Notes under the pieces: generated by a model
The model's input: the letters and a program-made list of their open reading frames with translations, nothing else
Database searches by the model: none
What the model was told of the DNA's origin: nothing
Translations under genes and position numbers: made by a program
Part shown: piece after piece, positions 38,184 to 49,138 of the stretch
Numbering within the stretch: the first letter of the stretch is position 1
Layout: every line of letters starts with the position of its first letter
From: an uncultured virus (IMG/VR IMGVR_UViG_3300000302_000058)
Lineage: Duplodnaviria > Heunggongvirae > Uroviricota > Caudoviricetes
Length of the DNA: 64,000 bases
Strand: one strand, 5' to 3'
IMG/VR virus record: IMGVR_UViG_3300000302_000058

Positions 38184-41100
38184 CTAATCACCAAGCTTGT
38201 TTAGATGGTCGTGTTTTACACGGTCTTCTGTCTCTGCTTGTTTTCCTTTATTAAAAGCTGTCTTATAATTGCCGGTTAAATATCCTGTTACTCGACGAAG
38301 TTGCTGAATATTTTCACTCCCACACTCAGGACATTCATCATTAAATTCGTCACAGTATCCGCAGTCTAAACAAGTATCATTAGGAACATTAACGGCAAAA
38401 TAAGGAATGTCTTTATCCATAGCATAGTTTACAATAGTTTCAAGACCATCAATATTATTTTTAACAGTTCCTTCAAGTTCAACATAGGTAATACAGCCTG
38501 CTGAGCTATATCCTGTAAGCTGTGATTCAATATCAATCTTTTCAAACGGGGTAAGTTTGTGCCATACAGGAACGTGAATGGAATTTGTAAAATAGTCGTG
38601 GTCAGATACGTGTTCAATCTCACCATACCTAGCCTTGAACTTTTTCATTGCTGTATAGCAAAGATTTTCAGCGGGAGTATAATATACTCCAAAGTTTAGT
38701 TTGTATTCTTGTTTAAACTCTTTGCAACGCTTTTGGAACAAGGCTTCAATTTGCTTTGCTAGTTCCATTCCTTCTTCAGTTGTTTGGTCTGTCCCAATAA
38801 GAAGTTGAAGAGTTTCTGCTAAAGCAATCTGTCCAATAGCAAGAGTTCCGTGTTTCATAGCACTACGGATTCCCTCTTCGGGAATGTAACCTTCCATCGT
38901 ACCATTTTCCCACATAAACTTTGCAGCTTCAGGAGATTGAGAGCAAATCCAATCAAAACGCTCGATAAGCATATCTTTGGCTTCGTGAATCTTTTGGTCA
39001 AGAAGATTCATAAAACTATTAACATCGCAATTAGCTTCCATTGCTAAAGTTGGAAGAATGATAGTGACAGGACAAATATTACCACGTCCATCTTTGCGTT
39101 GTTCAAAACCGTTAATATCATACCCGTTATAAGTTCTACACGTATTATCCTATGTCACCATAGGTACTGACTATATCTTCTATTCTATTAGAATAGCCTT
39201 CCGCTTCGAGCTAGTGCCTATCTCTAGCTCTACTCCCTTACATTCATCAGGGATAGTCGATACACTTTAGTTTATTTTTGTAATTTGATATTGTCCTACC
39301 GTGAAAACTTTATCGTATTTATACGCTTTAGCGGCGAAAGCGTGCGGCTTAGTTTGATAAAAAACTTCTGCCGAAGTATAACTGGGAAACATATGAAATT
39401 CACCAGTATTTAAATCGCAAACTTGAATAGGTTGTGCTCTAGTTGACCCTTTTCGAACACTAAAATCACGATAGTTTTCTTCAGCATAGGCGAATGCCCA
39501 TTGCTCCTTATAAAGACATTTAGTCTTGCCAGAGCATCTTCTAGTGATAAAATTATGATTGCTCTCTTTAAAATACTGCTGGCACTCTGATAGACTATCA
39601 AAGAATAATTCTTCTTGCGTATTTATATTTTTACATTTTACTTTTTTAGCCGCAGGATTTTTACCGCCTAATTTAGAGTCTCTAATTTTAGAGGATATTT
39701 GTTGCATTTCTTGTTCAGTTTTATTTAGATATGTATTACCACCGCATTTAAATATATCGTGAGTTTCGTTATATCCGTCCTCACATGCGTGATAATACCC
39801 AATCCAATAATATTCTTTTTGAGTTAGCTCTTCTTGAGATTCAGCTGTATCAATTACTTCAGCAACAAAATTTTCTACTCCATACTTTCGTAACGCTCTA
39901 GCAAAATGAGTATCTAATCGACCTGATAAAGCATCTTGTTTGTGTCGATTAAAACGCTGCTCTAAAGAATTAACTGTTTGTCCAACATAAACTTTATTGT
40001 TAATAATATTAGTAATTTTATATACTATCATTTGGGCATCCTTTCTATAGTGTTTATACTATATATGAAAAATGTGCCGCACATTTATCACTATTATGCC
40101 CAAAATTCTACAAAAATAAACTCTTAGCACGGTCTCAACTTATAAAGTCCTAACCGTTAGCCCGCATAGCGGACACCCTCGGGCGAGGTTCAAAAGGTTT
40201 TATATGAGCTGTAGTTTTCACTTACCCATAGTTCCCATATAAGTACAAGGGTCATTTTTATCATATCCTTCATTAACAGACCAATCAATATTGGCATAGT
40301 TAGGATAAAGTCGCTGAGCAGTAGACTTTAAAGCTAAACGGTACAAGTCATAGTTAGGGTCGTTAGGATGTTTATTAATTCCTTCTCCTATCTGAAAAAT
40401 ACCACACGGGAAAATACTTGTGCGATGTAGTTTTCCAAGCCCCTCAATAGAAACTTCAAGTAAAGCTCTAATTACCATTCTACCCTCTGGTAATGTGCAA
40501 GTGCCATAGTTAATGCTAGTAAAAGGTAATTGATTTCCAGACCTTGATTGTAGCGTATTAAGATTGTGATACATTCCTTCTACAGCCTGATGTGTTTCTT
40601 GAATGGTCTTATCCATTGCATATTTATACGCTTTTGGCTGAAGTTTATATTCATTATCTTCAATATTAGCATCTTCTGGAATATGTTTAGCATACTCGTC
40701 AATATTAAAAGCAAAATCATCTACGCAATATTTTAGTCCGTCAATAAAATGCTTCCTAAAGCTTTTACGAACATATGGTACCATAGTCCAATCAAGATGG
40801 GTAGCAGATACTCCTCCAAACTGCATTAAGCTTTGTAGTTGAAAAATAACTGCTACAAGCTGAAAAGCAGTATTAATAGAATTGGCTGGGCGAACATCAG
40901 TTTGTCTTGTCGTAAAACCTTTAGCAAGAAGTTTGTCAAAAGGAATCGAAAGGCAATTATGGTCGCCAAGAGCATAGTGAGAAAGGTCGTGAATATAAAT
41001 CTCATTATTAAGATGATTGTCTCGTGCCATCTTACTCATAAGGTGATTAAGAGCGTATTCACGCAAAACTTCATCCGCAACCTCTCCCATTCTGCCGCCG

Positions 41101-41480
41101 AAAGAATGTTCGTCCACGTTGGCATTTTGATTTTGAACATTTGAGGCAAATAACTTAGAAGCAATTGTATCATCAAAAGCTTGTTGATGTTTCTTTTGTC
41201 GCTCTAATTCGTGCTCGTAGCGATAACGGATATATGCCTTAGCAACATTATAATAACCCATTTCCATCAACGAGCGTTCAACAATATCTTGAATTTTTTC
41301 CACTTCAATAGCATCACTTAGTTCTTGATAGGCGTTAATATATCCCATTATATGAGCAAGAACTCCGTTGTCATTACATTCTTGCCTATTTACGTCTTGA
41401 AAAGCACCATTAACAGCATTTTGAATCTTCTGCTTATCAAATGGAACTGTGCGGCCATCACGTTTGATAACCGTATTCAT
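38184..41480 (-). CDS. nrdD: Class III ribonucleotide reductase, 2 exons (41480-40224 + 39140-38184)
   Basis: ATP cone, NQLPFTSINYG, spliced YMGTMG|CRTYNG, TPAENL, RRVTGYL. Confidence 0.92.
39267..40031 (-). CDS. Intron-encoded GIY-YIG homing endonuclease
   Basis: IVYKITN...VYVGQT...R...E.YWI...GYN; NUMOD-type C-terminus. Confidence 0.9.
   Translation of the reverse strand: MIVYKITNIINNKVYVGQTVNSLEQRFNRHKQDALSGRLDTHFARALRKYGVENFVAEVIDTAESQEELTQKEYYWIGYYHACEDGYNETHDIFKCGGNTYLNKTEQEMQQISSKIRDSKLGGKNPAAKKVKCKNINTQEELFFDSLSECQQYFKESNHNFITRRCSGKTKCLYKEQWAFAYAEENYRDFSVRKGSTRAQPIQVCDLNTGEFHMFPSYTSAEVFYQTKPHAFAAKAYKYDKVFTVGQYQITKIN
40060..40101 (-). promoter_or_regulatory. Putative phage-specific promoter inside the intron, upstream of the HEG
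   Basis: gggc ataatagtga taaatgtgcg gcacattttt catatatag. Confidence 0.55.
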
Positions 41481-41522
41481 ATGGCATCACCCTTTCTGAC
41501 CATCTAAAATTTTGTCGGTACT

Positions 41523-41564
41523 TATATATGAAAAATCCAAAAAAGGCTTTTTATGAAATTGCCC
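41523..41564 (-). promoter_or_regulatory. Putative phage-specific promoter for nrdD
   Basis: gggc aatttcataa aaagcctttt ttggattttt catatata. Confidence 0.55.
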
Positions 41565-42166
41565 TACTGATAGTAAGCAGAAAGAGGACTACATACAAGA
41601 TATTGTGTTAAATCATTCAAATTTTGGTCAATTTTAAAATTTTTTAATACAAGATATTGTGGGTACATAGTATCAAGATAAGACTCAGCAAAGAAAAATT
41701 GTCGAGCGTCAGCGACCAATCGCCGCACACACTCCCAAGTGAACTTACCGTCACGATTGATGTAACGCTTAATTCGTGTCCAAATAGGTGTCTTTAAATA
41801 AATTGGAATAATTTCATACATATCTTTATATTGATAAAGACTTAGTATTCCATCCATGTTAAAAACCCCGATGTTCACTTTGCCGCACACAGAATCTCTA
41901 TTGGTGCCATAATACCAACCTCGAAAGCTAGTCCATTCTAGATAGCAGTTATGTTCGATATTCCACCAAAATACTGCGGTATCAGTAAAATTATAATCGA
42001 CGCCTTGCTTCTCACCTACTCTTGGAGGACGAGTAGTATCTGAAATAATTTTAGTTGCCCCAAGGGCGGGGGCAAGGGCATTTAGAAGAGTGTCTTTGCC
42101 ACTTGCCGCCGCCCCACATATAGCGATGATAACAGGTTTCATTCTACTCCTCTGGAATATCATCAC
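41564..42166 (-). CDS. gmk: Guanylate kinase-like
   Basis: GAAASGKDT P-loop; TTRPPRVGE..GVDYNF; WYYGT. Start probably near MKPVII. Confidence 0.85.
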   Translation of the reverse strand: MMIFQRSRMKPVIIAICGAAASGKDTLLNALAPALGATKIISDTTRPPRVGEKQGVDYNFTDTAVFWWNIEHNCYLEWTSFRGWYYGTNRDSVCGKVNIGVFNMDGILSLYQYKDMYEIIPIYLKTPIWTRIKRYINRDGKFTWECVRRLVADARQFFFAESYLDTMYPQYLVLKNFKIDQNLNDLTQYLVCSPLSAYYQ

Positions 42167-42482
42167 TAAGAACGATTGGACTCCAATAGTCGGTCACAAG
42201 ATATTCTGTACCATCCTCGGTTGTAATAATGAAGCCGTTAATCTGTGACCCATCTTCCTTAGTGCCTTCAATGACAGCATCGGTAATGGTAACATGTACT
42301 GCGTCTTGCGGCGAAATCTGATAATAACCAAATAGAATAGAAAAGAGAATGATGATTGCGGCAAGCATTCCTGCCACAAAGCCGCAAAGAATACTGGTCA
42401 AAGCATTCCTATTTCGTACAATAAAAGTCTTAAAAGCCACTAATCCTCCTCTGTTTCTCCATATCTTAGATGTGTCATACAC
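42144..42482 (-). CDS. Small membrane protein (start uncertain)
   Basis: One strong hydrophobic segment. Confidence 0.5.
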   Translation of the reverse strand: MYDTSKIWRNRGGLVAFKTFIVRNRNALTSILCGFVAGMLAAIIILFSILFGYYQISPQDAVHVTITDAVIEGTKEDGSQINGFIITTEDGTEYLVTDYWSPIVLSDDIPEE

Positions 42483-45400
42483 ATTGTTCCATCATCCCTG
42501 ATTTCCGTAATACGATAAAGTTGTTTGCTTGGACTCTTACGATAAGCTTTAGCTTTAAACATGCCACCGCGTTTATATCCATTGATTACCAGCTTTTCTC
42601 CCTTTAGAAACCATCCGCTCTCCATTTGCTTGTTTACTCCACTGACATTCTCAGATATGCGGCGATTGTATTTAGCAAAATAATCGAGGTCAAACTTTAC
42701 GGTTACGACTCCACTGCCGACAGTAAGTAAGTTTACTGTGGCTTTGGTATTATTCTTTCCAATCACTGTGCCCATAATGCGACAAGTCTTGAATACGGGG
42801 ATATCGCGTCCATTGCGTTTGAAAGTATATTCTACCTCTGGTTCGTCAGGTAAACTATCGTATTCATAAATATTATACCAACTTTGCTTTACTTTGGCAA
42901 GCTCATGTTCGTGATAATAATATCCCATAGAATCCATTTCCCAAGCAGAGATATTACCAGCCGCATACTTATTCCATTGCTCTTGGAAGAGACTGTCATT
43001 TATCTTATCCAATAGTTCCTGTTGGTGCTCTTGGATATACTTCTTAGCGGGTTCCATAGCTTTGGTATACATCTTCTGCCATTTCTTTTGATTAATTCCA
43101 AGAGTGTCGTAGATAGGCTCTAGTTCGTCTATGTCAAAGAATTGTTCGTAGAAATCATAATAGTTATAGTTTACTACATATACATCTTCAACCTTTTTGT
43201 TTGTGCGGAGAGCTTTATTGAATACGAATAGACGCTTTTGGAAATCTAACTCTTGTGGCAAAAGACTAGCTTCCATCAGCCCTTTGAAGTTCTGCATAGT
43301 TAGTTTCGTTTTAGGACTGCTTTGCTGACGTAGGTAATCTGCGAATATTTTTTCTCTATTGTCGAACGAGTCAAATGCTCCAGATTTGATTAGAGAAATA
43401 GTGACCGTCTTATTGCTTTTAGTTTTGTCAATAAAGTCTTGTAGGCTCGTATACGGACGATTTTTGAGAATCGTATCAATTACTTCGCCGCCTACTCCGT
43501 TCAAAGCTTTCATACCATATAGAATTGCATTGTGCTCTTCATCTGGCTCAAAAAGATACTCTGAACGATTGATATCAATTGGTCGAACCTCAATACCGTG
43601 AGAAATAACTTCTCCCACTCCTGCGGCGGTTTTTACATAGTTAGTTGAATCATCTTCGTCAAGTCCGCTAATCACTCGAAGATAAGCGGTGTTCCAATAG
43701 ACAGATGGAAAATAGGTCGCTAGATATGCGGCCTGAACTGCAATGTAAGAATAGCTGGTTCCGTGAATCGAGGAAAAAGAATAGCCCATACTTGGTTGTA
43801 ATAAGAACCAAACATACTTTCCCATTGCGGGGCTTGTGGCACGGTCAAGAATTTTTTGTCGTTGTAGAGGAATCTCGTCCATATGCTTCTTGGCGACGGT
43901 TTTCCTCAAAGCATTACTCTCTTTTAGACTGAAGCCGCAAATCCTGTCATCCATAACGATACGCATCAGACACTCTTGGTCGATTAGCACTCCGTTACGA
44001 ATATATTCTTTGATAACGCCTTGTTCTTCTTTGGTAAGACCATAAGAATCCATTTCCTTGTCCCATTGTTCAGGATGATTCATTAACCTTACATAACGGT
44101 CAGTAGGAGTTTCGCCGCTATCATCTGCCATAAGCCGCATAATACCATTGCAGTCGTTCAAAGTTTCTATGTCTCTTGGAAGAAGCTTCTTGACTGTTTG
44201 TGAGCCTACGTCTGACACAAGTTGGAATAGGGCAAGAATATCTGTACTATCAACAGCATCCCAGAGTTTATCATCGTTCATTGGCAAAACATCTGGTGAT
44301 ACATACTTGTCATATGCTTGCCGCAAAGTTAGTTCTGGCTCAATCTTACCATGTTCTTGGAGAAGTTTGATACATTGAGCCATAATATCCATTTGCTGAG
44401 TTACAAGAATATCTACTTTGGTAGTGCCAGCATATTCTTGGTCGTGGAGTGACCATTGGGTAATAATTGAACCGTCCTTAGCCTTCATAAAACAAGCTTC
44501 GTCGTAAGGATTGTCGTTATCATAAAAGCCCACACCAGAAGCGTGAATAGAGCGGTTGGAGATAAGACCTTCAATACCTAGAAGAATATCTTTCAAACCA
44601 TAATACTTATTAACAGCTTCAATAAATTTCTTGTTAGGTTTGCGGCCTTTCTCTTCATTGCCATTGAAGCAATCGGATAAAGACCAAAGAAAACCTCGCT
44701 CAGATGGGACAAGGCTTGAAATATATTCAGCTTCATCTAGGTCGATTCCGTTGGGGAACTCTTCGCTTCTATAGCCACGCATCGCGGTCTTAATAGCGGC
44801 TTTTGTGGAGATTGTACCATAAGTGCAAATTTGAACGCATCCTAGCTCTCCACGTTCTTTACGAATATTCTCAAATACCTTTGGCCGCAAAGTTGGAGAA
44901 ATGTCAATATCAATGTCCGGTAGTTCGATACGTTCTTTATTGAGAAATCTCCAATAACTGAATCCGTGTTTAATTGGGTCGAGAGCAGTGATACCCAATA
45001 ACCAATGTGATAATCCACTTGCCGCAGACCCTCGTGCTACTCCAATAGGTGAACCAACTTCCCAAATCATATCAATATAGTGCTGAAGGAAGTTAGGATA
45101 AGCAAAGATACAAGTATCAAGTCTTTGTCCCACATAATCCATAATATCAGCTTCATATTCAAGACGTTCAAGATAAGTATCATTACCTAGATGGTGTGGA
45201 CTTAGATGCCGCAAATTCAATTCATTTTGGCATTGATTAATCCAATAACGCTCTTGGGGATTCTCAGAGTGCATCAACTTGTCAAGAGTAGGATATTTAT
45301 CTTTGTTATAATAGTGATGGTCTTTTGGCTCTATTGGATAATTTGGTACCGGAACTTCTACGATATGTTGATTCTTTTGAAGAGTGTAATACTCGCATCT

Positions 45401-46446
45401 GTCAAGAATCTCCATAGAGTTAGCACAAAGTTCCTCGTAATTTAATCCAGTTCCTTCAAGATTGCGGCGAATCTCTTCTTCTGATTGAAGATAGCAATAT
45501 TCGTAGAAAGAATCTACTTCTCGTTCACCTTCTTTGGAGTTAAGAAAAGCCTTGTGAACAAAGCGGTCTTCTTTACGAAGATAGTGAGCATCTTCGGTAA
45601 CGCAGATGGGAAGACTAAATGNNNNNNNNNNNNNNNNNNNNNNNNNNNNNNNNNNNNNNNNNNNNNNNNNNNNNNNNNNNNNNNNNNNNNNNNNNNNNNN
45701 NNNNNNNNNNNNNNNNNNNGCGGACATTCGCTTGTTCACAGTAATCTGTTCATCTGAACAAGCAGATTGTACCTCTAGAGAAACATTATCTTGACCATAA
45801 GTATTGATACACCATTCAAGGAAACGGACAATTTTTTCGTGAGCTTGCTTCTCACCTGCAATGTTTCCAAGAGTCTCAGCTTCAGTCAGCTCTAGAATAG
45901 CACGGTCAAGTTCAGAACCAAGACAAGCGGTCGAAGCGTAGATGTGTCCTTGACCATATCGCCGCACAACGTCTTCTNNNNNNNNNNNNNNNNNNNNNNN
46001 NNNNNNNNNNNNNNNNNNNNNNNNNNNNNNNNNNNNNNNNNNNNNNNNNNNNNNNNNNNNNNNNNNNNNNTCTTTAAAGTTGGGACTCGTTCCATTCCTC
46101 TATCATAGTAACTATTCATCCAAGCAATAGATGAAAGTTCTCGAAGCATCTTACAGCCAACAGAGTCTAGTGCTAATAAAACGTGATGCCAATATTGTTG
46201 TCCAGTATTACGGGTATCAGTTAGATAAATTTCATTTCCACGGACTATTTTTATATCAGTATATTTATTTTGTAATCTATCTAACTCAATAAAGTTACCA
46301 AGTGATTCATGGTTAGTAAAGCCTATTCCCGCAAAAGATAATTCGATAGCTCTTTGTATCATTTCTTCAGCACGATTTGTGCTATCTAACAATCGAATAT
46401 TGCTATAGTGGTCATGGTTGTGATAACTAAAACGAGGTATTATCAT
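42440..46446 (-). CDS. dnaE: DNA polymerase III alpha subunit (two N gaps)
   Basis: PHP HNHDHYS, ACLG, DAHY; RGSAAS, PDIDID, HASG, OB-fold end; ATG 46446 overlaps HEG stop (ATGA). Confidence 0.9.
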
Positions 46447-47306
46447 AAATACTCCCATCTATAACCACAAGAAGTTCCGTGCATTCTTGCGGCTCTACAT
46501 ATTCCACTTTTATCCTTAATTCCTAAAGATTGAGCGGCTTCTTTAGCACTATTATACTGAGCAATAAATTTTCCTTCTTTATCTAATTGTTGTATAGCTT
46601 TACTTCGATGCCGGATATTGCGTTTATTGTAATTATCTACCCATTGTTGAATATTTCTTTTATCGTCTTTATATTTCCATAAAAATCCATAGGCACTGTA
46701 TTGTTCTTGTCTACACACATTAGACACCGCACTTTGTAGATAGCCAGAGGAAGAACATTCAGTAGCAGAACTCCATTCCTTTATAAAAGTCCCATCTAAT
46801 GAATATTGTATAACCGGTTTACTTTGCCATTCACTCCATTTTTCTTTTTTCTTTCTATCAACTACCTCTTCATGTGAAACTCCAAGCTGATGTAAACGAG
46901 AACTGATAGTTAAAGGTTGAGCGTTTAAAATTTCGGCAATTTCATTCCGAGAAAAACCTTTTTCCCATAATTCTTTAATTTTTTGAGAAGAATAAGGGGT
47001 TCTACCAGACCCTTCTACTACATAATTATAACCTTTTTGCGGGTCATTAGATTGATATTTTAGAATATATTCTGTTTCTACCCTAAATCTTTCATTATCA
47101 GGACACTCGTCAATTACTTCAAAAATAAAAGAATCAACACCGTATTTTCTAATAGCACAATGTAAATGATATAGACGTCCATGTTTAGAAGTAGGACATA
47201 GTGATTCGCTTTTATGTTCGTTCCATCGTAAAGAAGGCTGCCTAATAGTTTGACCAATATAGATTTTATTGTTCAAAATATTTGTAATCTTATATATATA
47301 GGCCAT
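46443..47306 (-). CDS. Free-standing GIY-YIG homing endonuclease with NUMOD1-like repeats
   Basis: YIYKITN...IYIGQT; two KPVIQY/KAIQQL...G..W units. Confidence 0.85.
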   Translation of the reverse strand: MAYIYKITNILNNKIYIGQTIRQPSLRWNEHKSESLCPTSKHGRLYHLHCAIRKYGVDSFIFEVIDECPDNERFRVETEYILKYQSNDPQKGYNYVVEGSGRTPYSSQKIKELWEKGFSRNEIAEILNAQPLTISSRLHQLGVSHEEVVDRKKKEKWSEWQSKPVIQYSLDGTFIKEWSSATECSSSGYLQSAVSNVCRQEQYSAYGFLWKYKDDKRNIQQWVDNYNKRNIRHRSKAIQQLDKEGKFIAQYNSAKEAAQSLGIKDKSGICRAARMHGTSCGYRWEYL

Positions 47307-47342
47307 AGTTCTCCTCCTTTATCATTATCTTCTAATACTAAT

Positions 47343-47384
47343 AATATATAAAAATATTTGTTGTTATATTATAGATAAATGCCC
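47343..47384 (-). promoter_or_regulatory. Putative phage-specific promoter
   Basis: gggc atttatctat aatataacaa caaatatttt tatatatt. Confidence 0.5.
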
Positions 47385-47398
47385 TCTTATTCTATATA

Positions 47399-47446
47399 AT
47401 TATAGCAAAAAAGTGCATAGCTTGTCAACTACAAACTATGCACTTC
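47399..47446 (-). promoter_or_regulatory. Sigma70 promoter embedded in a terminator hairpin
   Basis: TTGACA-18-TATAAT (extended TG) inside aagtgcatag / ctatgcactt plus T-run. Confidence 0.65.
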
Positions 47447-47450
47447 TTAA

Positions 47451-47747
47451 TTATTCTTCACTCGGCTGACGAGCTTTAATATTATCTACTTGCTCTTGGA
47501 GAGTGTCTACAATAAACTTATATCCTGCTTCTCCAAACTCATAAAGTATCTCTTTGCGAANNNNNNNNNNNNNNNNNNNNNNNNNNNNNNNNNNNNNNNN
47601 NNNNNNNNNNNNNNNNNNNNNNNNNNNNNNNNNNNNNNNNNNNNNNNNNNNNNNNNNAAGAGCCGTACAACCATCGCCCTTTAACACGGTCATAATATTG
47701 TCTAGGTCGATTAATTCTGAACCAAGATTAATTTTATATTTAAACAT
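47451..47747 (-). CDS. Hypothetical protein (N gap)
   Basis: Open frame on both sides of the gap. Confidence 0.5.
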   Translation of the reverse strand: MFKYKINLGSELIDLDNIMTVLKGDGCTALXXXXXXXXXXXXXXXXXXXXXXXXXXXXXXXXXRKEILYEFGEAGYKFIVDTLQEQVDNIKARQPSEE

Positions 47748-47763
47748 CTAAACCCCCTGTTTT

Positions 47764-48498
47764 TTATAAGGTGTATAGTCGTTCTGGTCGATATTTTCTA
47801 TTACTTTTATCTAATTGTTGCCGCACTTCTTTTTCCCAGACTAATTTAAAATCATTGGGCATCCACGCTTCACTCATAAAAATTGTAGCTTTTTTAGATA
47901 CATTTCGGCACCAGTCATAATATTCATCATAGGGAAAATCTTCAATGTCCTTATATTTTTTTGTGCCGCGATAGGGAGGGTCACAATAGACGACAGCTCC
48001 ATCTGGAACGTCAATATCCCTAAAATCCGCGCACTCAAATTTTACGTCTTTAATCTTGGGGGCTTGTTTTAGAATATTTCTAACTGATTCATTTGTGTAA
48101 TCACGAACTTTGCTGGGATTTTTACTATCGTGATAAGGGTTAGAATAACCATTAAACCAACCAGCCCCAAAAGACGCACAGAATCCAACTAGACCAACAT
48201 ACCAATCAGGATAATCTTGCGGCGAACCTTTAACCGCGTAATACTCTTCCTTTGATATAGTTAGCGGAATATCTTCTGTAGTCTTTTGGATATGCTTCCA
48301 CATAGCTACCAGATATGGGTGAGAATCATAGTACAGACGATTCTCACAGTGAATATCGTCTATTACATTTGCCCCTCCCCCGAACGGTTCTAAATAGACA
48401 GTCGCGTGAGTATCATCAATAGCCTTTTGAAGGATTGGAGTAATACTCTTTTTCAATCGACGTTTGCTTCCAATATATTTCATATTTAAAATATCCAT
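47764..48498 (-). CDS. DNA adenine methyltransferase (D12/Dam-like class)
   Basis: KYIGSK, EPFGGG, YCDPPY. Confidence 0.85.
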   Translation of the reverse strand: MDILNMKYIGSKRRLKKSITPILQKAIDDTHATVYLEPFGGGANVIDDIHCENRLYYDSHPYLVAMWKHIQKTTEDIPLTISKEEYYAVKGSPQDYPDWYVGLVGFCASFGAGWFNGYSNPYHDSKNPSKVRDYTNESVRNILKQAPKIKDVKFECADFRDIDVPDGAVVYCDPPYRGTKKYKDIEDFPYDEYYDWCRNVSKKATIFMSEAWMPNDFKLVWEKEVRQQLDKSNRKYRPERLYTL

Positions 48499-48557
48499 TT
48501 CTGTTGTAGTTCAAAATCATCAATTAAGATTTGCGGCGTTACGATATCATTCCAAAT
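48486..48557 (-). pseudogene. Orphan duplicate of the recJ 3' end
   Basis: IWNDIVTPQILIDDFELQQKWIF* vs recJ VWDNKVTSQILIDDYEIETKWIF*. Confidence 0.85.
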
Positions 48558-49138
48558 TATACATATTGCCAAGTAAATCCACCAGCGGTTTTTTGCCTAC
48601 CGAGGCAAACGGCAGATATATTTTGATGCAATACACCAGTTATAGACTCGGCTTCTCTGGTGGAAGCATATATTTGATTAGTTTCTACACATAATACTTT
48701 TTTACCATGTATATGAGTATTATAATTAGGATTGTTTATACCGCTCATTTCTTTAGAATGTTTGTCACACCATTCTTTAGAATGACGAAATCCTAATATC
48801 CCCTCACCGCCAGCTGTAAGATTATAACCTTGGTCGTTATCGTTACTATTATAGCATTTTATCCAATACTGTTCTCTTTCTGAACTAATTTCTTGATATT
48901 TTTCTTCTGGTATTAATTCTAAAAGTTGTGCGGAAAAATTTTCTATGCCATATTTTCTAATTGCTCTATGAACATAGCTAGCTCCAACGCCTCCGTATCT
49001 TACCGCAGTTTTATGATGACTTAATCTATTTCGTATATTAATACTTTTGCCAATATACTTTTTGTTATTAATAAGATTCGTTAATAGATAAATACCAGCG
49101 ATTTTTGTTGGTATTAATTTCTCCCCTAAAAAATCCAT
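48557..49138 (-). CDS. Free-standing GIY-YIG homing endonuclease
   Basis: GIYLLTN...KYIGKS; GYNLTAGGEG; NUMOD3/NUMOD1-like tail. Confidence 0.85.
   Translation of the reverse strand: MDFLGEKLIPTKIAGIYLLTNLINNKKYIGKSINIRNRLSHHKTAVRYGGVGASYVHRAIRKYGIENFSAQLLELIPEEKYQEISSEREQYWIKCYNSNDNDQGYNLTAGGEGILGFRHSKEWCDKHSKEMSGINNPNYNTHIHGKKVLCVETNQIYASTREAESITGVLHQNISAVCLGRQKTAGGFTWQYV

Larger units (their letters stand above)
39141..40223 (-). mobile_element. Group I intron in nrdD
   Basis: Exon ends in U (GGT), intron ends in G; GTATCGACTATCCC and GAAGATATAGTC core; removal restores MGCRT. Confidence 0.9.

Noticed and set aside
46443..49138. Introns around the HEGs at 46443 and 48557
   Set aside because: No P7 (GACTA/TAGTC-type) core in the flanks, and the adjacent genes are complete without splicing.
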